DNA of 64,000 nt. It comes from Tubulanus polymorphus (Eukaryota; Animalia; Nemertea). The translations under genes and the position numbers were made by a program. Positions 1 to 13,500 of the stretch are shown here, in pieces. Numbering within the stretch: position 1 is the first letter of the stretch; each line of letters begins with the position of its first letter. Below the pieces are notes generated by a model that saw only the letters and a list, made by a program, of their open reading frames with translations, did not search any database and was not told where the DNA came from. Location: the NCBI RefSeq assembly GCF_964204645.1, contig NC_134026.1:8207950-8271949 (forward strand), written 5' to 3'.

Positions 1-306
1 CTGTAAATATTGACTTAGTATACAAAAGGGAACCTGGAACCACGTAAACTATCTGAAATCTTGGCAGTTCCTATAGTCATCCAATTAAGTAAGTCCAATG
101 AGTAAGAATTCCTAGTATAACCATTCATGTTTCAACTTAAAACATGTGGATGGTATTAAGGTTTGAGAAAAGTTAGATTTTTCCTCCGTTAGACAAGTAC
201 ACAAAATCATAATTTTGGCCAATTCCATTTCTTTGCTTTAATTTTACAAAAGATACACGATTAAATCTACACTGCAAATATTGGCTAGTTAGTATACAAA
301 ATGGAA

Positions 307-3300
307 TCACGAGGTTGAAATGTGTTGTTGTTTTATAGGCCTACACCGCCGTGTCAGTTGATCGATTCTTTCCCCGAACATCACAGATAAAGGTTGTAGA
401 AATGACAATACGACGCCAACTATCATAAATAGCGATGGCTAAAATTCGAAATAAAAATTTCAAATACATGTATATATTTTATAGATGTTTATACACATTT
501 AAAACAATTTAACTACATTAACGGGACTTTCTTGCACCTTCCCTAAATTTCTAGGGTTATATATGCGATAAGTTGGATCGGTGATAAATTGGGGCACTAT
601 AAGTCGATGGAGATGTGCCTTCACAGTTTAATTCAGGCATGGCATGTTTCTAATCAGCAGTACCGTGTAACATTTCATAGAAATTAAGTGGGACGGGTAT
701 ATACTTACTGGTAGGTAATTAATAGGTGGTCCTTCTCCCCATTTAAACAAAGGATACTGAAGCATTCCTATGATCCCACCATTTACAATCCTCAAAGTTC
801 CGTACAATCGACCAAAATGTTCCACTGGGAATCTACGGTTATTAGCATCAGAAATGAAAAGATGAAACTCCTATCAGCTGCGATCATCCGAGCGTTTATG
901 CCCCGGGCCGTTCACCGTTCACACGGGGTCCGAATTTGGCCCCACCAAAAACGTCGGACCAGGCCCGAGCCAAATTTTAGCAGGGGGCAAAATGATTGCG
1001 TTTGAATTACTACTGGTTCCAGGTGTGACTGACCGCATTTCTAGCACGGGTGACGTCACATTTGCGTACGTGAATTTCTACTGACTCCACCCGGAAGTGA
1101 CTAGCTTCGCTTTGCCACTGCATTATTATGTATCGAGTGAGTGGTTTGCGTGTGGACGCGCTCTGTAATTAGGCACGGGCCAAATTTGACTTTGATGTGA
1201 TCCGGTCCAGCAGGGCCAAATCGTCTCCGTGTTATTTCAGCTATCTAATAACTTCATAACTAACCAGTACTTACGCCATGAATAGGAACGCTCCACCCAG
1301 ACCGTAGAGAAACGCTCTGAATACAACGATAGAGATGAACTGTACGTAAAGTAGACCTTCAACAGGAATCAAAACTAGTACCGACAGTAACAAACAAACA
1401 AAACTACAGAACGCCTGAGGTAATGCAGCTGGTCTTATCTGATCATAATAATTCGGATTATCACCTGTAAAATTGTAATAGAAATAAAAACAAGACAATT
1501 TTCATTCAAATATTGTGAATTATGTATCAATATCGAAATGCAAGATGTGTACAATGTTGGTATGCGCCAGCAGAGGTAACAAGAAAATTAACTTTAATAA
1601 ATTATTTGACGCCTGCGAAAAAATGTAGAATTTCTGGGAGAAGCTAATGTGGAATTGCAAATTTGAAATCGAAGTTTTAAGAAATTTGGGGAATTATGAG
1701 ATTTGGCGATTGGGTAGATGATACAGTCTTCAACTGGTCTAATTTTAAAAAAATTGTCAACTTGTGGCCGACTTCGATTCACTTTTGCCTCTAAGCTGGT
1801 TTGCAACCTCATTACCTCCATGGTTGAAGAAAGAGTTCTTTGGATGTTTGCTTCATCATGACGTTGAGCATATCGTGTAGCCAGCCGGCCCGGTCCTGGG
1901 GCCCGGTTTGGCTGTCACTCGATATCCTAGACTTGAGTCTGGGTTGAAGTAGACATTGTCATTTAAAGAACTTATTCATGTTATTCTGTATGAATTAACC
2001 GTGTGTCTTGTATTTTGTATTTTCTTATTTTAAGATTTGTAAGTTTTTTAAATTTTATCCCGGAATTTCAATGTAATAATGATCAATAAAGTATTGAATT
2101 GAATTGTCACCTTATACACCATCAATGGACGCGGAGCCGTATATGGCAGCTATGCTATTATAAATTGCTAATCTCATGAAACTTGCATACCCCTTGTATC
2201 GAACATATTTTCTAAAACATTTGAATATTGAAATTATATGTTAACACGTTTTTATATAGACCGCTTGTAGCCGCCGATGAAATTCACGCCGGCCCTACTC
2301 AGATCGTAGATAGCTTCGTCATTCCACTAGCATCCCCATGTCAGGGTCTGACTTTTATATCAGACTTCCAAATCGTGTATACATCCGCCATTTAACCGAA
2401 TAATCCGATTTACTTATCATTTCTATTTATGCCTGCCGCTCCTGATATAATCATACATCCTTTACTATTACAATACGTCTTCTCATGATATTCAATGCAA
2501 TATAACATTTCGACGTTCAAATAGACGTCATTATATAATCAAAGGGAGCCATTCTACATCTTTATCAATAATATTTTGCCAAATAGCTTGTATGTGTACA
2601 CATAAACCTGTGACGTTTTGCACATCGATTTACGGTTGTCGTTTGTAAAATGACGCTGAATGGTTAACATTGTTTAGGTTTCATAATGGTAACGTTTTAT
2701 AAGGCGTCAAAAAATGCCAGCGGTGTAAAAAAGGTTACACGTCACGAGTCCGACGGTTCACGAATTTTGAATTACGTATCAACATCAAAACGACTTTCTT
2801 ATTCAATAAAACATGAAGCAGCACTTGGGAAAACGAAATGCAAGATGTGTACAATGTCTGTATGCGCCAGCAGAATAAAAATGCCAGGGGTGTAAAAACA
2901 CCAGAGGAAAAATGCCAAAAGGAAATTGTTGCGTTTTTTTCAGTACGGACATAAGTGTTCAAACTGAAATCAAACAAGTGATTCCCAGAAACTTTTGATT
3001 CGATTTATCATAAAAAAACTTGGGTGTCAAATCGTCTCCTAAACTATTCATTTCATTGTTGATTTGATATTATTTTAGATACATGAAATTTATTGATCGC
3101 AACAATGCATTCATTTTTCTAATTTACAATAATCTAGAAATATGTTGTATCTAAATGTCATCTAGTGTGAATAAGAGGAAACAGGTAAATAATCCCCCAG
3201 TAAAAATCCCACAAGATCTATGTACCTGTATTCCTAAATATTGTTCTGAAAAATGTCATGCTCTAATTTTCACCTAAGATTTGTATTCTAATTTGATTGA

Positions 3301-6178
3301 AAACTGAACTTTGGGGGGATTTTTGCTAGAAGAAGTTTTTTCTCGGGATTCCAGTAGGATTTTTACGGGGAAAATATCCCCAATTCTTAAAAGTGGGTAA
3401 AAATCCCCCACTTTTTAACTTGCATGTATATACAACCTAAGGATTTGGGGATCTTTTACTCAGGGGATGTGTACTCGGTAGATCTTTGCTTATAACCGAG
3501 AGGGATTTTTACCTGCATTCTAAATAGGACTATCGTGTTCAATGTTAATACATTCTCATGTTTTAATTGTCTATTTGTCTTTTATGAATTACGGATTCAC
3601 AATATTTCAACTGTGCATGCAGTATGTGAATGTCATGTTAAATGTTTACAAATTCTCATGTTACAGTAAATAATCTCTGCATATTTCCTTCTGGTATTTT
3701 TGCCTGATTTTTCCTCTGGCATTGTTACCTGTGTTCTATATTGCCAGGTACTTGGTGGCCGATTCAAACAGATCACTGTACATGATAAGATCATAGAAGA
3801 CAATTATGGCAAGCTTTACATACATGTATATAGAAAATAGACTTAAATACATACGGTGAAGACGTTTCTTCTCCAAGTGCAAAAATAGTCCTTCCAATGG
3901 TCCAAGAAATATGCCGCCAAGCAGAATATAGGAAAATATATTCGTGAAAAAACTCACTGTAAAACATCAAACACATAGTATAACTGTTATTACTGGGTAT
4001 TTTGCGGTTTTGCGTATCAATTAGGCCTACCTTTATCAACATCGTTTTTAGTGAAGCGGGTGAGCATTGGGTTTAAAGTGCCCATATAATAGAAGAATTG
4101 TAGTTGAATTATAGCCTCCCACATCAATTCTAATAGATAGACTCTACTGAACAAATAATATGTCAAAGCTTTCACCTTACGTTCATCAACTGTAAAATGA
4201 AACCGGTGTTAAATGAGTTGTGGGCTGATAATATGAAATCCTAATATGCAGTACTTTCAGCAATGCAGTCTAACCTTTCGGTTCGTAAGAAGTTTGTATT
4301 TCGTTCGTTTGGTTACTCGCATCTTCGACTGAAACTGTACCAGCTATATATCCTACTTTGGGGTCTGCGTCGTCGTTCGAACGATTCTTATCACTTCCTC
4401 GCTGATGATCTTTCGGGAAAACTTTGAACTTAGGAAGCAGGGCGAATGTGCTTATCGACACCATCACCACACTCAATACGCACAGAACAATGAAATAGTG
4501 TAATCGTTTCACACCTTTGCCGTGCAAATGCTGCAAGAATGATTCCACTTGATAATCACAACATAAACTGACATTACAAAATCTTGAATAAACTACTCAA
4601 GGAATCATTTTCGGACTTAAATTTTCGTTATTATTGTGGGATTCTCTTTATATCATCGTCTCAACGCAGATAAAGTGTGCTATTAATGGCGATTAAGGTA
4701 AGCTCGCTATCCGAGCAGTAAGCCTTTTTAATTACTTGTCTCCTATCATTTGAATGAAATTCATCACAATTTTCACTCCTTTTTTCTGAAGTCCTTCTGG
4801 GATGGAAAATGCTCAAATAATAAGAAAAAATGTATTTTCCTTTTCATTTTTTTCTCTTCGCCCTCCCAACGTTTTGTTGAAAAAATACCCCGCTCTCCAA
4901 CTAATTAGAAAAGGCCTCAGCAAAATGAAAGGGATGCGGTTCTGTGGCATCCTAGGAACTTAAGGTTGTGTGATTAATCGGCAAGAAATTAACTTATTGA
5001 TTACCTTCATAATTAACATTACAAAACTGGAAATGTCAAACGAAGAATTGTATAACGTAACAACCGTTAAACGAGCTGTATCAAAATAATTGCCAATCTA
5101 AAAAGAAAATTACAATTTTTTCTTTAAACAAAACACAATTATATCACTATCAAAAATATTCAAAAGCGTGCTGTTGTTCAAATGAAATTATGATTTGTAC
5201 CATGACGTACCTGCATATTAGTTGCAAGCAAGCCTATGCCTCCGATACCAATACCAGCTAACCCAGGAAATACGAGGACAGGAACATCTGTATGCACAAA
5301 TTTTCCGATCATTGAGCAGGTTGACGAAATATCAGGACCGTATCACTGCTTCTGGGCCCCAATCCCTGCCTTGTCAAGCGAAAATATTGATTCAAGAAAA
5401 CGGATTTTTTTGCTCAATTTACATAGTTGAAATAAAATTGGGGGTTGCAAAACTGTAACCCCTGTTACAAACCTAGAAAGTCTAAATCAAAAGTTATTGT
5501 AATTTACGTACCCGGACTTGCAAAACCCAACATTAAACAGCCACTGGCATATGTAATGCTGAAAGGAAAATTTAAAAAATACATTTATTCATCATTATGC
5601 ACTATGGTGGCTGATTCGGGCTATACTAAAATATTTTCTGTATGGCTAAACGAACGATGAAAATATGCGGTCAATTTTCTTTTGTTTTCTCGCTCTATCC
5701 GAATAATGCCTCTTCTCTTCTGGAACCCGGCCTTCCAAATTTCCTAGATCCGTTCATGAAACAGCATATGAATACGTTTGAATACGTTATCAACTTACAT
5801 GATAATAATTCGCGTTACTCTGGTTCCATATTTATCTAACAACCAACCAATAACTGCAGCAGAACAACTTAGAGCTGCTACGCCTATCGAAAAAACTAAC
5901 ATTAGCATGTCATTCTGTTGGAGGCACGTCGGATAGGCTACACTCGCATTGTTGTCATCTTTAGTCACAATCTCTGCAAATGATTCCGAATCACTCGCCG
6001 TATCGCTACCGTTTTTTAGACCGATGTTGCACAAATGGCTATAGACTCCGTCTTGCTTAAGGACAAAAACTAATGGCACCCAGCCGAATATACTGCCAGC
6101 AAATATTAAACATTCGAACCATCCAAATAGAAACGAAACCAAGTTCCTCAGACGTTCATTACGGTGATAATTCTCCAT
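307..6178 (-). CDS. SLC43A3: SLC43A3/ENBT1-like MFS transporter, tandem copy A (10 exons, ~519 aa)
   Basis: Exons read by hand, GT-AG, phases consistent: 6178-5799, 5558-5512, 5287-5211, 5097-5005, 4530-4275, 4189-4031, 3956-3855, 1464-1275, 832-709, 438-307 (TGA); total 1560 nt. Motifs ECLIFAGSIFGW, IGNYFDTARLTVVTLYNSSFDISS, YYMGTLNPML and AFPVEHFGRLYG match SLC43 motifs as recalled for SLC43A3 ([36 protein letters not shown]). A3 versus A1/A2 orthology is an inference. Confidence 0.88.
876..1242. mobile_element. MITE (TIR AGCTGCGATCA...) in intron 8 of copy A; related copies at 11102-11321, ~46480-46664, 55517-55986
   Basis: Imperfect terminal inverted repeats AGCTGCGATCATCCG / CGTGTTATTTCAGCT; internal motifs GGGCCAAATTT and GTGAACGCGCTCT shared with dispersed copies; the copy-B element has an internal deletion. 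Confidence 0.7.
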
Positions 6179-6348
6179 GCTCACGCTTAGATTGTGCGTG
6201 TGATATTACTTTGAATGCGTTTTGAGCATATAGATATTACGCACAGCAGAAATCGCTTCTTGTCGAATTCAATGGGGACATTGATTTTTTTACGAGATTA
6301 GCCGAAATTTGACCTAATATATATGATATATACCCGGTCTGCAGAACA

Positions 6349-7717
6349 ATGTGTGGCTTAAACTTAAGCGTACTCATTTACGCCGATAATACGGTCCTAT
6401 TCGCCGATAGTCCACAAGGACTTCAGCATTTAATTGATAACCTGTATGCCTACTGTAAAAAATGGAAATTATGTATTAATTGTGATAAGACGAAAGTGAT
6501 GATTTTTTCTAAACGACGGTTACGGATCTTACCTGATTTCTTTATAAACGGCCAGAAACTGGAAATAGTTGATAGTTATAAACACCTGGGTATAATTTTT
6601 TCTTATACAGGATCCTTTGTTCAATGTCATAAAACTCTAGCGGAGCAAGCAAGGAAATCGTTATTTTTTGTACTAAAGAAGGCCAGCGAGCACTCCCTAC
6701 TTAGATATAACTTTAAAACTTTTCGATAGCATGGTATTACCAATTTTATTGTTTGGCTGCGAAATTTGGGGTTTTGAAAACCCCCAGGTACTTGAACGAG
6801 TCCAGTTATCTTTTTTCAGTACATACTTAGAGTAAAGCGATCCACCCCTAGTATTTTCATCGATGGTGAACTGGGACGCCACCCCTTGTATATTTTTGTT
6901 AAAATCAGAATGGTGAAATTCTGGGCCAAATTAGTCAATGAAACAAACAATATTTCTTCGTTAATATATAAACATGGTTATTACATGCACATCAATGGAC
7001 AATCTAATAATGGATTTGTCATGTTAAGAATATCCTTGTGAGAAATGGCCTCGGTTACTTCTGGGAGAACCAGGCAGTCCCTGACATCAACCACCTAACT
7101 GCTCTTTGCGACAAAGACTGACTGACCAGTATACCCAAGACTGGCACGCGAAAATCAATGAATCACCAATTGCTGCATCTTACAGAAAATTTAAACATCA
7201 AGCCGGTTTCAAATTTGAAGATTATTTAACTTCCATCCCTTTAAACATCCGTGTAGAGATGTGCCGTTTCAGATGCTCCAATCATAGGTTATCTATAGAG
7301 GAGGGTAGATATCGCCATATTGAGCGAAATGAAAGAATATGCACTAAGTGTAATATGGGAGTGGTTGGTGACGAATTTCATTTTCTTTTAGTGTGTCCAT
7401 TTTCACAAAATTTAAGAACTGAATTCATCCCTAGATATTTCTGGCGCTCCCCACACCAAAGCCAACTCCAAAATCTGTTCAACTTATCTGGATCACTCCT
7501 TCTCAATTTGGCGATATATATCAAAAAAGGTTTGCAATTATTCTATTAATATCTGTCATGTTCGCCGTATTGTTATTATGTGTATATACGTGTATTGTAA
7601 TTTTTCTAATTTTTCTCTTTTGCTTTTTCTTTTCTATAAATATATTGTATTGTATGTTTAACTCTGTGCAATGAGTTAATTGTGGAGCAATAGACTTAAC
7701 TTAACTTAACTTAACTT
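6349..7717 (+). mobile_element. 5'-truncated, frameshifted non-LTR retrotransposon (RTE-X-like LINE)
   Basis: RT motif LIYADNTVL (degenerate YADD) and KTKVMIF...YKHLG in ORF 6349-6729; C-terminal RCSNHRLSIEEGRY...CTKC...DEFHFLLVC in ORF 7106-7549; AT-rich 3'UTR; (ACTTA)n tail at ~7693-7717. Absent from the homologous site of copy B. Confidence 0.88.
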
Positions 7718-7867
7718 GAACCTGACCTCGCGTGTATTGTGATGTATGTATATCGTAAATTAAGTGTACAAAGTGTCATAACAGAACAAGTCATTTTATT
7801 ATCAACGGATGAATGATGAATCGTGATTGTGACGCGTGATCAGTGATTGACAAATCGGATTTTACTT

Positions 7868-9633
7868 AATAAAGAAGTTTCCAGTTTCTAGGCGCCATTT
7901 TGTAGCGGTCCCTCGAGGTCCCCATTGTTGCGATTATTTGCGCTCATTTTCAAAACATAAGTTTAGATTGAATATCATATAGTTCTGCAGTCCCTTGCTC
8001 GATGAACTTAATTTATACACCATTTTAATGGAAATGAAATGCAAATATTTGATGGTGATTCTTGGATTTTTTGAACGCAGCAATTGAGAACAGTGACGAT
8101 ATGAAACCAAGGACCGCATATCTTAACCGCGCGTAAAAGAAATCGCGATATTTATTAATTCTGAAATATCTAAGTATATCTTGAAGCTATATTTCCAATT
8201 TTCACATAGGTTAAAGAGGGTTATTTGCAGTTTAGGCCTGCTTTAAAATGTTTTGAATATCTTTCCTGAGGACTGATCTGTACCCGCTTGAGTTGAGATT
8301 ACGCGCAAAAGGGGTCTCCCACTGCGCACCGCCATTTAACCGAACATTGAGATTTGCGAAAAGAAATCGCAAAAATAAGATTTTATACTGGTTTGATATC
8401 ATTAATATTGCTTCTTATGGTTATATATTACCTTTATTTTCGTATGGTTAAAAATGGACTTTGAGTGCTTTGAGGAATTTGACTTTTGTTGCGTTGGGAA
8501 ATTGAAGGATTTCTTGTAAGAGTGGGGACGTTCTGTGTTGGTTGCAAAGGTGGCCTAGTTGAGAGCCTAATTTGCTTGCCAACAGAATGTATCACTCATG
8601 GATGGACACTAGAACAAAATCTAAGTTTTTATATAATTTTGAATATGCGGCGCAGCTTTAAGTAGCCCAACTGGACGTTGACCCCCTAAAACAGAATATC
8701 AAATGGGGGACAGGAACCCCTTCAAATATAATATTGGAATTTTATATCAGTAAGGTTATCTGGTCGATGTTTTCCAGCAAGAAGGTTGAGATTCAGTAAA
8801 TTCATCGTATGATCCCAGGATGAGGGATTACCAGAGGGAGAGAGATATGTGTTGAAATATGTCCTAAGCGTTTAAATTGACTGGCACATTTCACCATGGA
8901 CTCTAAAACGTTTTGGGCCTATGATTTCACCGAACACAAAATCGGCGCTAGGCTGGACGGGCTGCATGCGACAATTCCCCAACTGGGCCTTTCAAACTTC
9001 AAAGCGGGACAAACCGGATCCCGAAACAGGCTAATCAAATTGCCCCCGCCAAAATACAGTATAAACAAGTTATGGATTATAATCTCAAAATATCCCCATG
9101 GAAAATGTGAAGAAATCAAATTGCATTTAAAGATTTCTTGTTGCAAATCTCAATGTTCAGTGAAATTGCAATGCGCAGTTGGAGACCCCTTTTGTGCGTG
9201 ATCTCAAACTCAAGCGGGTACAGATCAGTCGTCAGCAAAGATATTCAAAAGATTTTAACGCAGGCTTAAACTGCAAATAACCCTTTTCAACCTCTACAAA
9301 AATAGAAAATACAGCTTCAAGAGATACTTAGATATTTCAAAATCAATAAATATTGCGATTTCTTTTACGCGCCGTTAAGATATGCGGTCCATGGACTCAC
9401 ATCGTCACTGTTCTCAATTGTTGCATTCAAAAATTTCAAGAATCGCCAACAAATATCTGCATTTCATTTCCTTTAAAATGGTGTATAAATTAAGTTCATC
9501 GACCAAGGGACTGCAGAACTATGTGATATTCAATCCAAACTTATGTTTTAAAAATGAGCGCAAATTATCGCAACAATGGGGACCTCGAGGGACTGCCACA
9601 AAATGGCGCATAGAAACTGGAAACTTCTTTATT
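7868..9633. mobile_element. Non-autonomous DNA transposon with ~470 bp terminal inverted repeats
   Basis: Starts AATAAAGAAGTTTCCAGTTTCTAGGCGCCATTTTG and ends CAAAATGGCGCATAGAAACTGGAAACTTCTTTATT; inverted homology spans ~7868-8345 versus ~9160-9633. A diverged solo end lies at ~38366-38540. No transposase ORF recognised; superfamily unassigned. Confidence 0.85.
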
Positions 9634-10532
9634 TGGAGCAGAAATTTTGCCTGGCAGTCCCTAGTCATCCGAATTAAGTAAGTTCGATCTACTGTGTTTG
9701 GAATTTCCTAATCTCCGAGGTATAACCATACATTCTACTGTTTTAACTTAAAAGATGTGCCATTTTTGATGATCAAGCTAAAGATGCATCGATAAAGATA
9801 CAAGTTTTTATGTTCAAGTTCATTTATTTCACATTTTACAATTACAGGTTTGAGAAAAGTTATATTTTTGAGTAAGTTTAGATGATGAAAGAGCTCGAGC
9901 CTATACGTATAGGAAAAAATGAGATTAGTAACGATGATAAGAAATAGTTAACAATTACCTGTTCATGTGGACTAGAATTCATTTTATCTATTCAAATAAA
10001 TGTGACCAGGTTGACGATCATCACGGACGGTTATTAAGATGCAACAGCAGTTGTTTAAGAACTTCTATGAATGAATATAGAATTCTTCACTTACGACAGA
10101 TAGATTAAGTTTACAGTTAATAGGAATAAACAATAATTACGAGACCTCGCACTCGGCAGCGCGTGCCATTTTGTCGAGATCGGGATCTGAATTGACAGGT
10201 CTGTTTAGCGCGGTGATATTTTGAGTGAATTCCCGCGGGTCCTGACAATCCAATGAAAAATACACACGAATGAATGAGGTAATTTGACTTCTTTGTCTGA
10301 ATGAAGTTCAGTCGAACGCCTAGTTCCGAAGGCGTCTTGATCAGAGTGGACTCCAGCGAAGTGGAAAACGAGATCTTCTAATGTTCACGGTCAGACGAGC
10401 ACGGTATGATTTTTTCCTCCGTTACAGTACAGAAAATTATGATTTTGGTCTGTTCCAATTCTTTGCTTCAATTTACAAAAGATACATGATTGAATCTATA
10501 CTGTAAATATTGACTTAGTATACAAAAGGGAA

Positions 10533-13500
10533 TCATGAGGTTAAAATGCCTTGTTGTTTTATAGGCCTACACCACCGTGTCAGTTGATCGATTCTTTCCC
10601 CGAACATCACAGATAAAGGTTGTAGAAATGACAATACGACGCCAACTATCATAAATAGCGATGGCTAAAATTCGAAATGAAAATTTCAAATACATGTATA
10701 TATTTTATAGATGTTTATACACATTTAAAACAATTTAACTACATTAACGGGACTTTCTTGCACCTTCCCTAAATTTCTAGGGTTATATATGCGATAAGTT
10801 GGATCGGTGATAAATTGGGGCACTATGCGTCGATGGAGATGTGCCTTCACAGTTTAATTCAGGCATGGCATGTTTCTAATCAGCAGTACCGTGTAACATT
10901 TCATAGAAATTAAGTGGGACGGGTATATACTTACTGGTAGGTAATTAATAGGTGGTCCTTCTCCCCATTTAAACAAAGGATACTGAAGCATGCCTATGAT
11001 TCCACCATTTATGATCCTCAAAGATCCGAACAATCGACCAAAATGTTCCACTGGGAATCTACGGTTATTAAATTCAGAAATGATAAGATGAAACTCCTAT
11101 CAGCTGCGATCATCCGAGCGTTTATGCCCCGGACCATTCACCGTTCACACGGGGTCCGAATTTGGCCCCACCAAAAACGTCGGACCAGGCCCGAGCCAAA
11201 TTTTAGCACGGGTCAAAAGGATTGCGTGTGAACGCGCTCTGTAATTATTAGGCACGGGCCAAATTTGACTTTGGTGTGATCCGGTCCTGCAGGGCGAAAC
11301 CGGCGCCGTGTGATTTCGGCTATCTTATAACTTCAAAATTAACCAGTACTTACGCCATGAAAAGGAAAGCCGCGCTCAAACCGAAAAGAAACGCTCTGAA
11401 TACAACGAGACAGATGAACTGTACGTAAAGTAGACCTTCAACAGGAATCAAAACTAGTACCGACAGTAACAAACAAACAAAACTACAGAATGCCTGAGGT
11501 AATGCAGCTGGTCTTATCTGATCATAATAATTCGGATTATCACCTGTAAAATTATAGATAAATAATAACAAGACAATTTTCATTCAAATATTGTCAATTA
11601 TGTATCAATATCGAAATGCAAGATGTGTACAATGTTGGTATGCACCAGCCGAGGTAAAAATGCCAGAGGTGTAAAAAAGGTTACACGTCACGAGTCCGAC
11701 GGTTCACGAGTCCAACGGTTCACGAGTCCGAGAGTTACGAATCGGATATTTGCTCTTGAAATGGGGTAATTTTCCCTCATCTATTTGATTGATTGATTTT
11801 GATTTGATGTGCTTTGGAGACCCACCAGTCACACCTCCTTTTAGATCGGAAATTGAGGTAGCCTACAGATATGTATTCAGTAGATGATCGGTCGAATTTA
11901 GAACATGTTTGTTTAATCAAATCGACGTACACGTAGGGCTACATGTTATTGTAATGGGACATTTCGATTCGGGTTCATGTAAACAATTTATAGGGTAATT
12001 TTCTTGGATGCTAAAGTTTACATATTGAGTTCTCAGCAAATATATCATTTGGCTTTTCAGGAAATATTATTGAACTTTCGGTTATCAGCGGTTAAACAAT
12101 AGCCAACAAGTAATGTACGACAGCTGGTCAGTGGTCCGATCCCGCAACCAAGCGTGTGGTGAGGTGTAAAGAATACTGAAAAATACGGAAGTCAAGCTTA
12201 CGTACTTTATGCACGGCCCCCTACAGGAGCTGATATTGCATTGCATGTATAAAAGTTTTTATCTTCGCTTGAAATTATATTATACCTTCGGACTCGTGAA
12301 CTGTCGGACCCGTAAACCACGGACTCGTGAACCGTCGTACTCGTGGGCTGTTTCCGATAAGGATCCCCGGCAAGATTATCACCGAATTCTATATTGCCAG
12401 GTATGAAGACCGACTCTAGACAGATCCATTGTGCATGATAATCTCATAGATGAAGTTATCAAGATAATTATGCCACGGTTTACATGAAACTATGGAAATA
12501 TATAGACTTTAATACATACGATGAAGACGTTTCTTCTCCAAGTGCAAAAATAATCCTTCCAATGGTCCAAGAAATATGCCGCCAAGCAGAATATAGGAAA
12601 ATATATTCGTGAAAAAACTCACTGTAAAACATCAAACACATAATCTAACTGTTATTACTGGGTATTTTGCGGTTTACCTAACAATCAGCCCTACCTTTAT
12701 CAACATCGTTTTTAGTGAAGCGGGTGAGCATTGGGTTTAAAGTTCCCATATAATAGAAGAATTGTAGTTGAATTATAGCCTCCCACATCAGTTCTAATAG
12801 ATAGACTCTACTGAACAAATAATATGTCAAAGCTTTCACCTTACGTTCATCAACTGTAAAATGAAACCTGTGTTAGGTGAGTTGTGGGCCGACTATGATA
12901 TCCTAATAGGCAGCACCTTCAGCAATGCAGTCTAACCTTTCGGTTCGTACGAAGTTTGTATTTCGTCCGTTTTGTTTCTCTCATCTTCGACTAAAACTGT
13001 ACCAGCTATATATCCTACTTTGGCGTCTGCGTCGTCGTTCGATCGATTTTTACCACTTCCTCGCGGATGATCTTTCGGGAAAATTTTGAATTTAGGAAGC
13101 AGGGCGAACGTGCTTATTGACACCATCACCACACTCAATACGCAAAGGACAATGAAATAGTGTAATCGCTTCACACCTTTGCCGTGCAAATGCTGCAAGA
13201 ATGATTCCACTTGATAATCAAAACATAAACCGACATTAGACGTATCTAATATTAGAAAATATCTAGCTCGCTAATAATAAGAAAATCCCACAATGATAAC
13301 GAAAAATTAAGTCCGAAAACGTTTCAACGTTTCGAGTTATAGATAGCTTATTCAACGTTTCGAATATATTTATATCCTAATAAGTCATCTGAAGATGACT
13401 ATTAGGATATAGTTTTGTGTTATTATTGTGGGATTCTCTTCATATTATTGTCTCAACACGGATAAAGTGTCTCATCAATGGCGATCTAGCTCGCTATCCG

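Noticed and set aside
7934-9681. Paired ORFs 7934-8119 and 9382-9681 as duplicated genes
   Set aside because: They are mirror-image translations of the transposon TIRs.
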